Positions 9,515-17,511 of a DNA stretch of 32,000 bases are shown here, piece after piece. The first letter of the stretch is position 1. Each line of letters begins with the position of its first letter. Where the stretch lies: contig CALSTM010000003.1 of NCBI GenBank assembly GCA_943789275.1, forward strand, positions 90,001 through 122,000. The letters run 5' to 3'. Position numbers and translations under genes: made by a program. Below the pieces are notes generated by a model that worked only from the letters and a program-made list of their open reading frames with translations, was not told where the DNA came from and made no database searches. Source of the DNA: Candidatus Poseidoniaceae archaeon. Its GTDB lineage: Archaea > Thermoplasmatota > Poseidoniia > Poseidoniales > Poseidoniaceae.

Positions 9515-10368
9515 TGTCTGCTCCTAAAGTAGCAGTCTTGTTCGGATTTGGAATTAATTGTGACCGAGAGACGGCTGCCGTGTTTGATTTAGTCGGAGGA
9601 AAATCCGAACGTATTCACGTGAATAATTTTGTTCAAGGGAATCGGGTTCTCGAAGATTTTGATATTTTAGCTGTCCCGGGCGGTTTTTCTTTCGGCGACC
9701 ACCTTGGCAGCGGCCGTTTGATGGGAAATCGGATGCGTTTTGCTCTGCGTGAGCAACTCCACGCTTTCGTTGCTGCCGGTAAGCCAATTATTGGGATTTG
9801 TAACGGTTTCCAAGTGCTCGTGAAAACCGGATTACTTCCGGGTCCAAACGCTTCAAATCCATTGCCGGACTTCGTTCAAAGAGCCAGTTTGACCCTCAAT
9901 GATTCTGGCCGATATGAAGACCGTTGGGTTACACTTGAGTTTGATTCTGAGAGCCCATGTATTTGGACCAAAGGCCTTCAACGGATTGATTGTCCAGTGC
10001 GGCACGGTGAAGGGAAGTTCGTTATGCCCTCAACAACAGATTTTGATTCACTCGCGGCGAACCACCAACTCGCTGTTCGATATGTCGACCCTAATACACC
10101 AGTTGGCCAAGGGGCGACCGACGAACCTCTCCCCTTCCCAATTTCACCAAATGGAAGCATGAGAAACATTGCAGGCGTGTGCGATTCGACGGGTCTTGTG
10201 TTCGGGCTTATGCCTCACCCCGAAGCAGTCTACGCCAAGTGGCTGCACCCCCATCACACCAGAGGTTCAGCCCCTGGCCCCACCTCGAGTGAAGCATTAG
10301 GCGAATGGGAAGGTGAAGGGTTGCAAATGTTCCGCAACGCTGTAGAATACGTCCTATCGAAGCGCTGA
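9514..10368 (+). CDS. purQ: phosphoribosylformylglycinamidine synthase glutaminase subunit PurQ
   Basis: Nucleophile motif GICNGFQVL and the His/Glu pair in MPHPE. GGAGGTG SD upstream. The start overlaps the purL stop by 1 nt (TAATG), indicating translational coupling. Confidence 0.9.
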   Translation: MSAPKVAVLFGFGINCDRETAAVFDLVGGKSERIHVNNFVQGNRVLEDFDILAVPGGFSFGDHLGSGRLMGNRMRFALREQLHAFVAAGKPIIGICNGFQVLVKTGLLPGPNASNPLPDFVQRASLTLNDSGRYEDRWVTLEFDSESPCIWTKGLQRIDCPVRHGEGKFVMPSTTDFDSLAANHQLAVRYVDPNTPVGQGATDEPLPFPISPNGSMRNIAGVCDSTGLVFGLMPHPEAVYAKWLHPHHTRGSAPGPTSSEALGEWEGEGLQMFRNAVEYVLSKR

Positions 10369-10372
10369 TACA

Positions 10373-11410
10373 ATGTCACAAACGCTGCGAATCCCACACA
10401 TTGATTCCCTCCGAGGCCTCGCAGTACTTCTTATGGTGATGGTCCATGCGGCAGCGACATGGAATCCATTTGATCAAGTTCAACTGACTCCATTAGCCTA
10501 CATTGTCTCGGGGCTAGGCGGGCTGGCAGCCCCTCTTTTCGTTACTCTCTTTGGGTGGGGTATTGCAAGAGGGAGAATGACGGCCAAACAACGCTTGTTC
10601 CAAGCCGTGTTTCTTTTGATTGCACAAATTGGAGTCAACATGACCTCTCCACATCTGTTTCATTTCTTGACACCAGGTATTCTGTCGCTTATGGCCATCT
10701 TAACGCTCATACTCCCACCTCTTATCGAGAGAGTGAATTTATCCGATGCACGTTTTTTTTCAATGACTGTAGGAATCACATTTGCCCTACAGATGTTGAT
10801 TCCAGAACTTCAAGGGACGGGTGTTTGGTCGGATCACATTTCAGATGAGGCCCCGTCAACGGTCGTCTCAAATCTCTTTTTCACAGGCACTTACCCCGTG
10901 TTTCCATGGTTTCTCTTCGCCCTTTTAGGGGCTGTTGTCTCTCAACAAACATTCTCTGAAGGCCAATCATTGCCCTACACGCCACGGGTTGGTTATTCAG
11001 TCTCAATTGGGGTGCTGTTCTGTATAGCTACCCTTTTGCACTCACAAATGAACGATTTGCTTTGGGCTCATCCTACAGCAGATGCAACCCTTACCTTTTT
11101 TCCAGCAAATCCTCCATTTCTAATTGCAGGAATGACGGGCGTCGTACTGTTGTGGTTGCTCATCCAGCGTTTTGGATTCTTTTTCCTGAACAGTACGGGT
11201 AAGTTGTCTTTGACAATATACCTCATTCATTTCGTGCCCCTAACACTGATGCGTGACTTTGAGGTCACGCACCAGTGGGGATTACAAACATCGACTTTAG
11301 CAGTACTCCTGTACACTTTGGCTTGGATTCCAGTCGCAACACTTTGGTTGCGCCGCTACCCAAGGGCTAGTGCGGAGAACGTTCTGCGGGCGATTCGAAA
11401 ATCACTCTGA
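10373..11410 (+). CDS. polytopic membrane protein, DUF1624 / acyltransferase-3-like family
   Basis: 345 aa with about 9-10 hydrophobic segments. The N-terminal IDSLRGLAVLLMVMVHA is typical of the DUF1624 / heparan-glucosaminide N-acetyltransferase-like family. The family call is from memory of that motif only. Confidence 0.6.
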   Translation: MSQTLRIPHIDSLRGLAVLLMVMVHAAATWNPFDQVQLTPLAYIVSGLGGLAAPLFVTLFGWGIARGRMTAKQRLFQAVFLLIAQIGVNMTSPHLFHFLTPGILSLMAILTLILPPLIERVNLSDARFFSMTVGITFALQMLIPELQGTGVWSDHISDEAPSTVVSNLFFTGTYPVFPWFLFALLGAVVSQQTFSEGQSLPYTPRVGYSVSIGVLFCIATLLHSQMNDLLWAHPTADATLTFFPANPPFLIAGMTGVVLLWLLIQRFGFFFLNSTGKLSLTIYLIHFVPLTLMRDFEVTHQWGLQTSTLAVLLYTLAWIPVATLWLRRYPRASAENVLRAIRKSL

Positions 11411-12226
11411 AGCAGCAAGTGCTTCGGTTGCTTTCTTAGCACCCATCCATGCAACAACACCGAAACCGATCTTGTTGATGATGTCTGCAATGTTGTAAGC
11501 AACAGCCATGTATTCTGCACCGTTATCAACTTCAATCAATTCGACTTCAGGGCTGAAGAGGTAGCCAAGAGGGTAGATGATCCAGCCGACGACAATGAAC
11601 CAGCGTAGTGCGTTAGCGCTCCAGAGGAGTTCTTCTGAAATCTTGCTGTTGTCAACGCCAAGCCCAGAGGACCAAGGAGTACCTGTTGCAACGACAATCA
11701 TTGCCCATCCCATGCCACCAAGTAGGAGTGCGAGGATACCGTTCATCAAACCTGCTTCACCAGCATATCCAAATCCAATCATGATAAGCGCACCGAGGAA
11801 ACAGATTCCAGTGAATCCGAGTCCAGCGAACTTTGCATCGGTAATCGCGCCCTTTCCGACGAGGGACGGGAATTTGAGAGCCATCAATGGGACGGTGATA
11901 ATCCAATCCATGTATCGGTATTCAACGGAGACTTCACCGAAATCTGCGTAAACTCCGCGCATGTAGTAGTAGTGGAATGCAGCAATACCTACAATCAATG
12001 CTGAAATGGTCATTGTTGTTCGGTATTGTGGGGCAACGTTACTTCGCTCACTCATGAAGAAAACGAATGCTGCACCCATGGCGATGTATCCTACAAAGAA
12101 GAGGAAGAAAGTCAATGTTTGCAGACCATCATCAACCTTCCGATAGGAAGGCTGGGAATCCGGTCTCTGCGTCCATTTCGCCGAAGCGGTCCAGCAGCAG
12201 AAACTGTGGACGCCATGCGAGGGCAA
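11402..12226 (-). CDS. proteorhodopsin-type microbial rhodopsin (D-T-K motif, Met at tuning position)
   Basis: Helix C RYMDWIITVPLMALKF and helix G YNIADIINKIGFG with the Schiff-base Lys codon at 11471..11473. Seven hydrophobic helices. The 5' end is uncertain: the only in-frame start-type codons upstream of helix A are TTG 12226 and TTG 12115 (see findings). Confidence 0.85.
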   Translation of the reverse strand: MPSHGVHSFCCWTASAKWTQRPDSQPSYRKVDDGLQTLTFFLFFVGYIAMGAAFVFFMSERSNVAPQYRTTMTISALIVGIAAFHYYYMRGVYADFGEVSVEYRYMDWIITVPLMALKFPSLVGKGAITDAKFAGLGFTGICFLGALIMIGFGYAGEAGLMNGILALLLGGMGWAMIVVATGTPWSSGLGVDNSKISEELLWSANALRWFIVVGWIIYPLGYLFSPEVELIEVDNGAEYMAVAYNIADIINKIGFGVVAWMGAKKATEALAASE

Positions 12227-12287
12227 AGGTTGCGATTAAAAGCAGGCTCGTTGTCTTAGAGAATTTATCTGTAATCATTTTTCTCAT
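12132..12287 (-). CDS. leaderless upstream ORF with signal-peptide-like N-terminus; either the true N-terminus of the rhodopsin (frame-shifted by 1 nt) or a separate 51-aa peptide
   Basis: The ATG at 12287 lies ~26 nt downstream of the centre of a TATTATAA box (12310..12317). The product begins MRKMITDKFSKTTSLLLIATFALAW. The ORF ends at tandem TGA TGA (12134..12129), 1 nt out of frame with the rhodopsin reading frame. Confidence 0.35.
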   Translation of the reverse strand: MRKMITDKFSKTTSLLLIATFALAWRPQFLLLDRFGEMDAETGFPAFLSEG

Positions 12288-12309
12288 TTGGCTGTCGAAC
12301 CCTTCACAC

Positions 12310-12317
12310 TTATAATA
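12310..12317 (-). promoter_or_regulatory. candidate archaeal TATA box (TATTATAA) for the rhodopsin locus
   Basis: This is the only strong TATA-like element in the 150-nt gap between the ABC exporter stop and the rhodopsin. Its spacing to ATG 12287 fits a leaderless transcript. Confidence 0.4.
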
Positions 12318-12375
12318 GGGTGTAAAAATCCATGATGGTTTGTTGGGTTTTTCAACCCCCATCAAAACGGCGAAA

Positions 12376-14244
12376 TCAAGTTATTTTACCGGTTTGAACC
12401 GCCCACATCCTCGAATAAAGGCCTTTTAATTGTACCAAATAATCATGAGAACCGTCTTCAGCAATTTCTCCGTTGTTAAGGACGAGAATTCTGTCCGCAT
12501 TTCTTACTGTAGAGAGCCTGTGTGCGATAATTACGGCCGTCCTCCCTTTTGACAACTTTTCAATCGAGCGCTGGAGTGCAGCCTCAGTTTCGTTATCAAC
12601 TGCGGAAGTTGCTTCATCTAAAAGCAGCAATGGCGCATCCTTGAGAACGGCTCTTGCAATAGCAAGCCGTTGCCGCTGACCCCCAGAAAGTCTGTGCCCA
12701 CCTTCGCCAACGAGGGTACTCCATTTATCTGGAAGCTCTTCAACGAATTCCACAACCTCTGCCAATTGAGCAGCTTCCAAAACCTGTTCATCGTCTGCCT
12801 CCGGCCGCCCGTAGCGGATGTTTTCCAATATCGTTGTTGGGAACAACGTGATGTGTTGGTCGACTAAAGCCATCGACGAGCGCAGTCGCTGTAAATTCCA
12901 TTCAGGCAGCGTTCTTCCAGCCCATGAAACGGATCCACCGTTCGGTTCAGCAAAGCGTAGCAGTAAACGAATCAACGTTGTTTTTCCTGCGCCCGTTGAA
13001 CCGACGACCCCAACTGTTTGTCCTTGAACCAGTTCGAGATTCATGTTCTCAAATACGGGCTCTCTACCAGGATATGCAAAATTGAGGTCAGTGAAAACGA
13101 TCGACGATTGCTCTATTGTTTGGTCGTCCGGTGAAAAATCACCTTGTTCGACTTCAGTGGGCGAAGTCAAAACATCGAGGACGCGGGTCGAACTCGCCAT
13201 TGCTCGTTGGTACAAATCAAATGTCTCCCCGAGTCTTGTGAGCGGCCAAAGTAGGCGTTGAGTCATGAAGACAAGTACTGAATATGCGCCCACAGCAAGC
13301 GTACCGTCCAACGTCATCCATCCACCCAGCAGCAGTGTAGCAGTAAATCCACAGAGGATTGCCATCCGAATTAAGGGTGTGAATGCTGCAGAAAGTCGAA
13401 TCGCCTCTCTGTTTGCTTCCCGGTAATGGTTACTGAGCGCTTCAACCCGTTTCATCTCTCTTTCCTCAGCAGTGAACGATTGAATGGTAGACATTCCTGA
13501 AAGGTCGTTTTCAAGTAGCGCATTCATTGCTCCAGCAGACTTTCTTACCTCTGCATACCTTGGTTCAAGGCTTCTCTGATACTTGAACGACCCCCAAATG
13601 ATGATTGGTATTGGCAATACAGCGAACAATGCAACCTGCCAAGAAATGAACAAGAACACGCCACCAACAACGATAACAGTGGTGCTAACCTGTAACAAAT
13701 CGTTGGCACCTTTATCCAAGAACCGTTCGAGTTGATTTATATCGTCATTGAGGATAGCCAAAATGTCACCTTTCTGCCGCTCATCAAACCATCCCATGCC
13801 TTGTTTTTGCACGTGGTTGAAAGTATCTAGGCGCAACTCATGTTGCACAGTCTGTGCAAGGTTTCTCCACAAGATTCCATAGAAATATTCGAACAGCGAC
13901 TCCAACCCCCAAATGGCGAAGGTGAGCACTGAAAGGAAGACCAGTTGGTGCCACGGATCGACCAGACCATAAGACGCTAGAAACGACTCTTCCTTGAGAA
14001 CAACAACATCAACTGCCAATCCAATGAGGAGCGGTGGGGCCAAATCCCATATTTTATTTGTAATCGAACATGCTGACGCTAAACGAATCGTGCCTCTGTG
14101 AGAACCCATGTGCCCAAGCAGGCGTCGAAATGGTCCAACTTCCGTCACAACTCCGCTACTTCGAGGAGGTATGAGAAGTCTATGCACGCCATTTTCGAAC
14201 CCTTTTGATGCGTAACCCCTATGCTGTGCCCGTTGAACGGTCAT
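12376..14244 (-). CDS. ABC exporter, fused permease/ATPase (MsbA/MdlB-type)
   Basis: Six-TM N-terminal half. Walker A GSTGAGKTT, signature LSGGQRQRLAIARA, Walker B LLLLDEATSAVD, H-loop IIAHRLST. An alternative GVVTEV -> GTG start at 14148 would give a typical MTEVGPFRRLLGHM... N-terminus. Confidence 0.9.
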   Translation of the reverse strand: MTVQRAQHRGYASKGFENGVHRLLIPPRSSGVVTEVGPFRRLLGHMGSHRGTIRLASACSITNKIWDLAPPLLIGLAVDVVVLKEESFLASYGLVDPWHQLVFLSVLTFAIWGLESLFEYFYGILWRNLAQTVQHELRLDTFNHVQKQGMGWFDERQKGDILAILNDDINQLERFLDKGANDLLQVSTTVIVVGGVFLFISWQVALFAVLPIPIIIWGSFKYQRSLEPRYAEVRKSAGAMNALLENDLSGMSTIQSFTAEEREMKRVEALSNHYREANREAIRLSAAFTPLIRMAILCGFTATLLLGGWMTLDGTLAVGAYSVLVFMTQRLLWPLTRLGETFDLYQRAMASSTRVLDVLTSPTEVEQGDFSPDDQTIEQSSIVFTDLNFAYPGREPVFENMNLELVQGQTVGVVGSTGAGKTTLIRLLLRFAEPNGGSVSWAGRTLPEWNLQRLRSSMALVDQHITLFPTTILENIRYGRPEADDEQVLEAAQLAEVVEFVEELPDKWSTLVGEGGHRLSGGQRQRLAIARAVLKDAPLLLLDEATSAVDNETEAALQRSIEKLSKGRTAVIIAHRLSTVRNADRILVLNNGEIAEDGSHDYLVQLKGLYSRMWAVQTGKIT

Positions 14245-14255
14245 TCGGGGATGAC

Positions 14256-15065
14256 ATGAGAAAGGCCGATGCTACCACGCTGGAATATGTGACTTCAACC
14301 AACCAATCCACTCGTCATGTCACTTTGATTGATCCAGCAAAACAAGATGCGAACACTGCCGCAAACCGGGCAATGGTAGCGGTAGAATGCGGCAGCAGCA
14401 TGATTTTTGTTGGCGGTTCAACCGACACTCCAGACGAAGTCGTTCATTCCACCTGTCAAGCAATTCAAGAAGCCTTTGAACTCAGGGCCTTTGCTGCAAG
14501 TCAAGACCCCGAGTCAGACGAATCTCAGTGGCACATACCTGTTGTTTTGTTTCCCGGAGGTGCTCATGCATTGTCGCCGGCAGCAGACGCCATCACGTTC
14601 ATGATGTTGATGAACTCAAAGACACGACGCTTCTTAATCGGAGAACAAGTCCGGGGTGCTCCGTATTTGGAGAAATTCGGAGTTGAAGCGCTACCTACAG
14701 GATATCTCGTGTGCGCACCAGGAGGCCGAGTCGGAGAAGTCGGAGATGCTGAACTGATACAACCAGGGGACGCCGATTTGACCCACGCATATGCACTCAC
14801 TGCTCGCATGTTCGGATTCAAACTACTTTACCTCGAAGCAGGAAGTGGCGCCCACACTCAAGTTCATCCAGCATTGATCGAAAGCGCTCGTTCGGTTGAG
14901 GGGCTAACGCTGGTCGTTGGAGGAGGCATACGTACGCCCGAACAGGCCAAAATCGCAGCACAGGCAGGGGCAGATTGGATTGTTACAGGAACTCTAACCG
15001 AAGATGCCAGCAATCTCGATGAACTGCGTCAGAGAATCAGCGACATTGTAAGTGCGATTCAATAA
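14256..15065 (+). CDS. geranylgeranylglyceryl phosphate synthase (GGGPS/PcrB family)
   Basis: HVTLIDPAKQD, FVGGS, LYLEAGSGA and VVGGGIRTPEQA. I chose the ATG at 14256 because it leaves ~20 aa before the LIDP motif, as in characterised GGGPS. ATG 14208 and TTG 14205 are alternatives. Confidence 0.85.
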   Translation: MRKADATTLEYVTSTNQSTRHVTLIDPAKQDANTAANRAMVAVECGSSMIFVGGSTDTPDEVVHSTCQAIQEAFELRAFAASQDPESDESQWHIPVVLFPGGAHALSPAADAITFMMLMNSKTRRFLIGEQVRGAPYLEKFGVEALPTGYLVCAPGGRVGEVGDAELIQPGDADLTHAYALTARMFGFKLLYLEAGSGAHTQVHPALIESARSVEGLTLVVGGGIRTPEQAKIAAQAGADWIVTGTLTEDASNLDELRQRISDIVSAIQ

Positions 15066-15067
15066 CT

Positions 15068-16333
15068 TCAATCTTCGTCTTCAAAGACGGCAGGATCTCC
15101 TGAGCCGCCAGGCGATGGAGGGCGTACGCCGTCGACATCCATTCCCGGCTCAATAGCGGTTTCATTCACTTCAAGAGAAACTCTTCCACCATCGGCTAGT
15201 TTTGCCATGTCATCGGTGGCGGGGGTAGAAAGCTTCCTTTCCATGTCTGGAGCATTGCTGTAAGCATCCCGCTTCGCTTCACGAGCATCGTGCGTACGAA
15301 CCAATGAAAGGGAGTCAGCAAAGACTCTTCCAACAACTTCTCGGGTCCGCTCTCCCCTCCGAACAGAATCCAATTCATGGACCATCGTCTCTCGTTGTCC
15401 TTCGAGTTCACGCAATTCAGCAGTTCGGTCTTGAAGTGCGGCCTCCATATCCGTGAGTGTAAGTGTGATTTGTTGAATGCGCTCGTCCCGTTCGAAGACA
15501 TCGTTATGCAATCTTCTCTCACGTCGTCGCAATGAATCGTATTCTCGGTTGCGTTCAAGCAATCTTCGCTTCAACTCATCAATTTGTTCAACCAGATAAT
15601 CGTGTTCTGCAGACACGGAACGTGGCCCTTGCATGACCCGCTCAAGTTGTTCTTCGAGTTCTCCCAAACGCCCATCCCGGGCATCCAAGAGGCCACGGAG
15701 GCGGTCCGCAATATCTCGCAGCCGTTGTCGCTCCTCTTCGAGAGCTTTGTTCGCCGCTTGCTCAGCGTCATTCTGAGCCAGAGCAGTATCGAGTTGAGCC
15801 TTCAACCGACGTACTTCCTCAGCCGTGACCGAGGTGAGTCCAGCATCAGCGGCTCTTTCGAGAGCCTCAACCATCTGCGTGATACGGCCTTCCATTTCAC
15901 CAATAACATCGTCTTGCTGTGTGGTTAAGGTCCTCAATTGTTCGACTTCTACGGCAGACGCTGCGCGTTCTTCATGCGACAAGGAAGATTGCTGTGAAGC
16001 CAACTCTTCACGAACATCACCCAATAATCGTTCAAGGTGAATCACTTTTGCTTCACTCTCTTGAAGGGCTGAGTCAGTCTCTGCTAAGCGAGCGACTTCG
16101 GGTGCAACCATGTCTTCACGTTCTGCCAAATCGAGTTCGAGAACACGTAAACGTTGCTTGACCGAAACCATTTCTTCATTCCGAGCAGCAAGCTCATTCC
16201 AGGCAATCAGAACCTCTTCGACCAGTTGCTCAACAGGATAACCCTTGAGCATCCCCTCGAGAGCTGCACGCTCATCTCCACTTGCATCACCAATTCGGTT
16301 GATTCCACTTGTTCCGGAAGAGTCGAGCGTCAT
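15068..16333 (-). CDS. 421-aa coiled-coil protein with acidic C-terminal tail (hypothetical)
   Basis: Long uninterrupted E/R/L/Q/A-rich sequence with heptad-like character from about residue 30 to 340. Gly/Ser-rich N-terminus. C-terminus PPSPGGSGDPAVFEDED. Same strand as the actin-like gene and 94 nt downstream of it. Confidence 0.75.
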   Translation of the reverse strand: MTLDSSGTSGINRIGDASGDERAALEGMLKGYPVEQLVEEVLIAWNELAARNEEMVSVKQRLRVLELDLAEREDMVAPEVARLAETDSALQESEAKVIHLERLLGDVREELASQQSSLSHEERAASAVEVEQLRTLTTQQDDVIGEMEGRITQMVEALERAADAGLTSVTAEEVRRLKAQLDTALAQNDAEQAANKALEEERQRLRDIADRLRGLLDARDGRLGELEEQLERVMQGPRSVSAEHDYLVEQIDELKRRLLERNREYDSLRRRERRLHNDVFERDERIQQITLTLTDMEAALQDRTAELRELEGQRETMVHELDSVRRGERTREVVGRVFADSLSLVRTHDAREAKRDAYSNAPDMERKLSTPATDDMAKLADGGRVSLEVNETAIEPGMDVDGVRPPSPGGSGDPAVFEDED

Positions 16334-16427
16334 ACAAGCGGCTATCGCCGCACAACCACACTTGAACTTTCGCCATCATAAGGAGACTTAGATGGCTGGT
16401 TTTCCACCCTAAGAGCGAGTCCGGCAA

Positions 16428-17432
16428 TCAGTTGATTGCTGTGAACATATCGTCTGGCATTTCGCCAGCGAGTTGAAGAGCGCCAGTAGCAACAGCATTG
16501 ATTGGGTCATCGACACACCATACATTGACATCTCCAATGTCCGAAATCTCGTCAGCCATTCGGGCAGCGATGCCTTCGATGAGGGAACCTCCGCCTGAAA
16601 GGATGATGTTGTTGCGAAGAATAGGTTGGTATTCAGGGTCAGCGCCAGCAACGATTCGCTTGATTGCGTTACCGATCTTCGGAACAATGAGTTCACATGC
16701 CTTATTGACCAAATCGCCAATGTCGACAACTTGCTTCTTACCTTCTACGGAAAGTTCGACCATTGCTTCACGGTCGTCAGCACCGACATAGGATACTTCT
16801 TCCTTCCACTTTCGGACCATGTCCTTTGTGACTTGAGCGCCGGTGTACTTCTTTCGAATAAGTTCCATGAGCTCGTTATCCAACCAGTCTCCAGCTTCTT
16901 GGATTGTGACTTGGTCTTCATCGGTTGGGAACGTTCCGTAAATACGGGCAATGTCTGTTGTTCCTGCACCGATATCGACGACGATTGAACTTGCAATTTC
17001 ACCGATTCCGAAGGCGGTTGCGAACGGTTCTGTGACGACCATAATGGCGTTGACTTGTCCACGGAGGGTAGCAACAAGGTTGGATTTATCTGTGAATGAA
17101 ACGTGACTTGGGGAACAGATGACGCCGAAAACTTCGTCGAATTCTTCAGGGTCTACAGTTTCCAAGAGATGGGAAACGAATGCCTTAGCAGCTGCAAGGT
17201 TTGCTTCATCGTCTTGAGCAACACCAGCAGCCATTGGGCGGTAAAGGTTGCAGGCGAGTTTGTTTTTGAGGGCGTCGTTGCCAAACAAAACATCTCGGCC
17301 GAGGAAGTTTCGTGCGACCGGGTCCTTTGGACGTCCGACGACAGTTTCGATTGTGTGGCTGATTCCAGCACTTGATGCAATTGTAGATTGGTAGGTACCC
17401 AGGTCGATTCCAACGTATAGACGGTCACTCAT
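16428..17432 (-). CDS. MamK-family actin-like ATPase
   Basis: Phosphate-1 motif YVGIDLGT, phosphate-2 motif IVVDIGAGTTDI, adenosine motif IILSGGGS. MamK-like strings include VVGRPKDPVA, LYRPMAAGV, TFPTDEDQVT, DPEYQPILRNN and CVDDP. The ATG at 17432 is preceded by a GGAAGGTGA SD with 5-nt spacing. Confidence 0.8.
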   Translation of the reverse strand: MSDRLYVGIDLGTYQSTIASSAGISHTIETVVGRPKDPVARNFLGRDVLFGNDALKNKLACNLYRPMAAGVAQDDEANLAAAKAFVSHLLETVDPEEFDEVFGVICSPSHVSFTDKSNLVATLRGQVNAIMVVTEPFATAFGIGEIASSIVVDIGAGTTDIARIYGTFPTDEDQVTIQEAGDWLDNELMELIRKKYTGAQVTKDMVRKWKEEVSYVGADDREAMVELSVEGKKQVVDIGDLVNKACELIVPKIGNAIKRIVAGADPEYQPILRNNIILSGGGSLIEGIAARMADEISDIGDVNVWCVDDPINAVATGALQLAGEMPDDMFTAIN

Positions 17433-17437
17433 ATTCT

Positions 17438-17446
17438 TCACCTTCC
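17438..17446 (-). promoter_or_regulatory. Shine-Dalgarno-like site (GGAAGGTGA) of the actin-like gene
   Basis: Read directly on the minus strand as gcGGAAGGTGAagaatATG. It is complementary to the conserved 16S 3' tail core (CACCUCC-type). Confidence 0.55.
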
Positions 17447-17511
17447 GCATTGCGGATATGTCGCCGAGGATGCCACCACCCTTCAAGGTTCACCTTCGAT
17501 TGAATTGCCAG

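Noticed and set aside
12342-12375. A small hairpin, GGGTT-GAAA-AACCC, with flanking T-runs just after the ABC exporter stop (minus strand), considered as a terminator.
   Set aside because: The stem is only 5 bp, and archaeal termination mainly needs oligo-T. This is plausible but too weak to call as a feature.
10373-15065. Retinal or carotenoid biosynthesis genes (crtB, crtI, crtY, blh) expected next to the rhodopsin.
   Set aside because: None is present. The neighbours are a DUF1624-like membrane protein, an ABC exporter and GGGPS. The GGGPS link to isoprenoids is generic lipid synthesis, not retinal synthesis.
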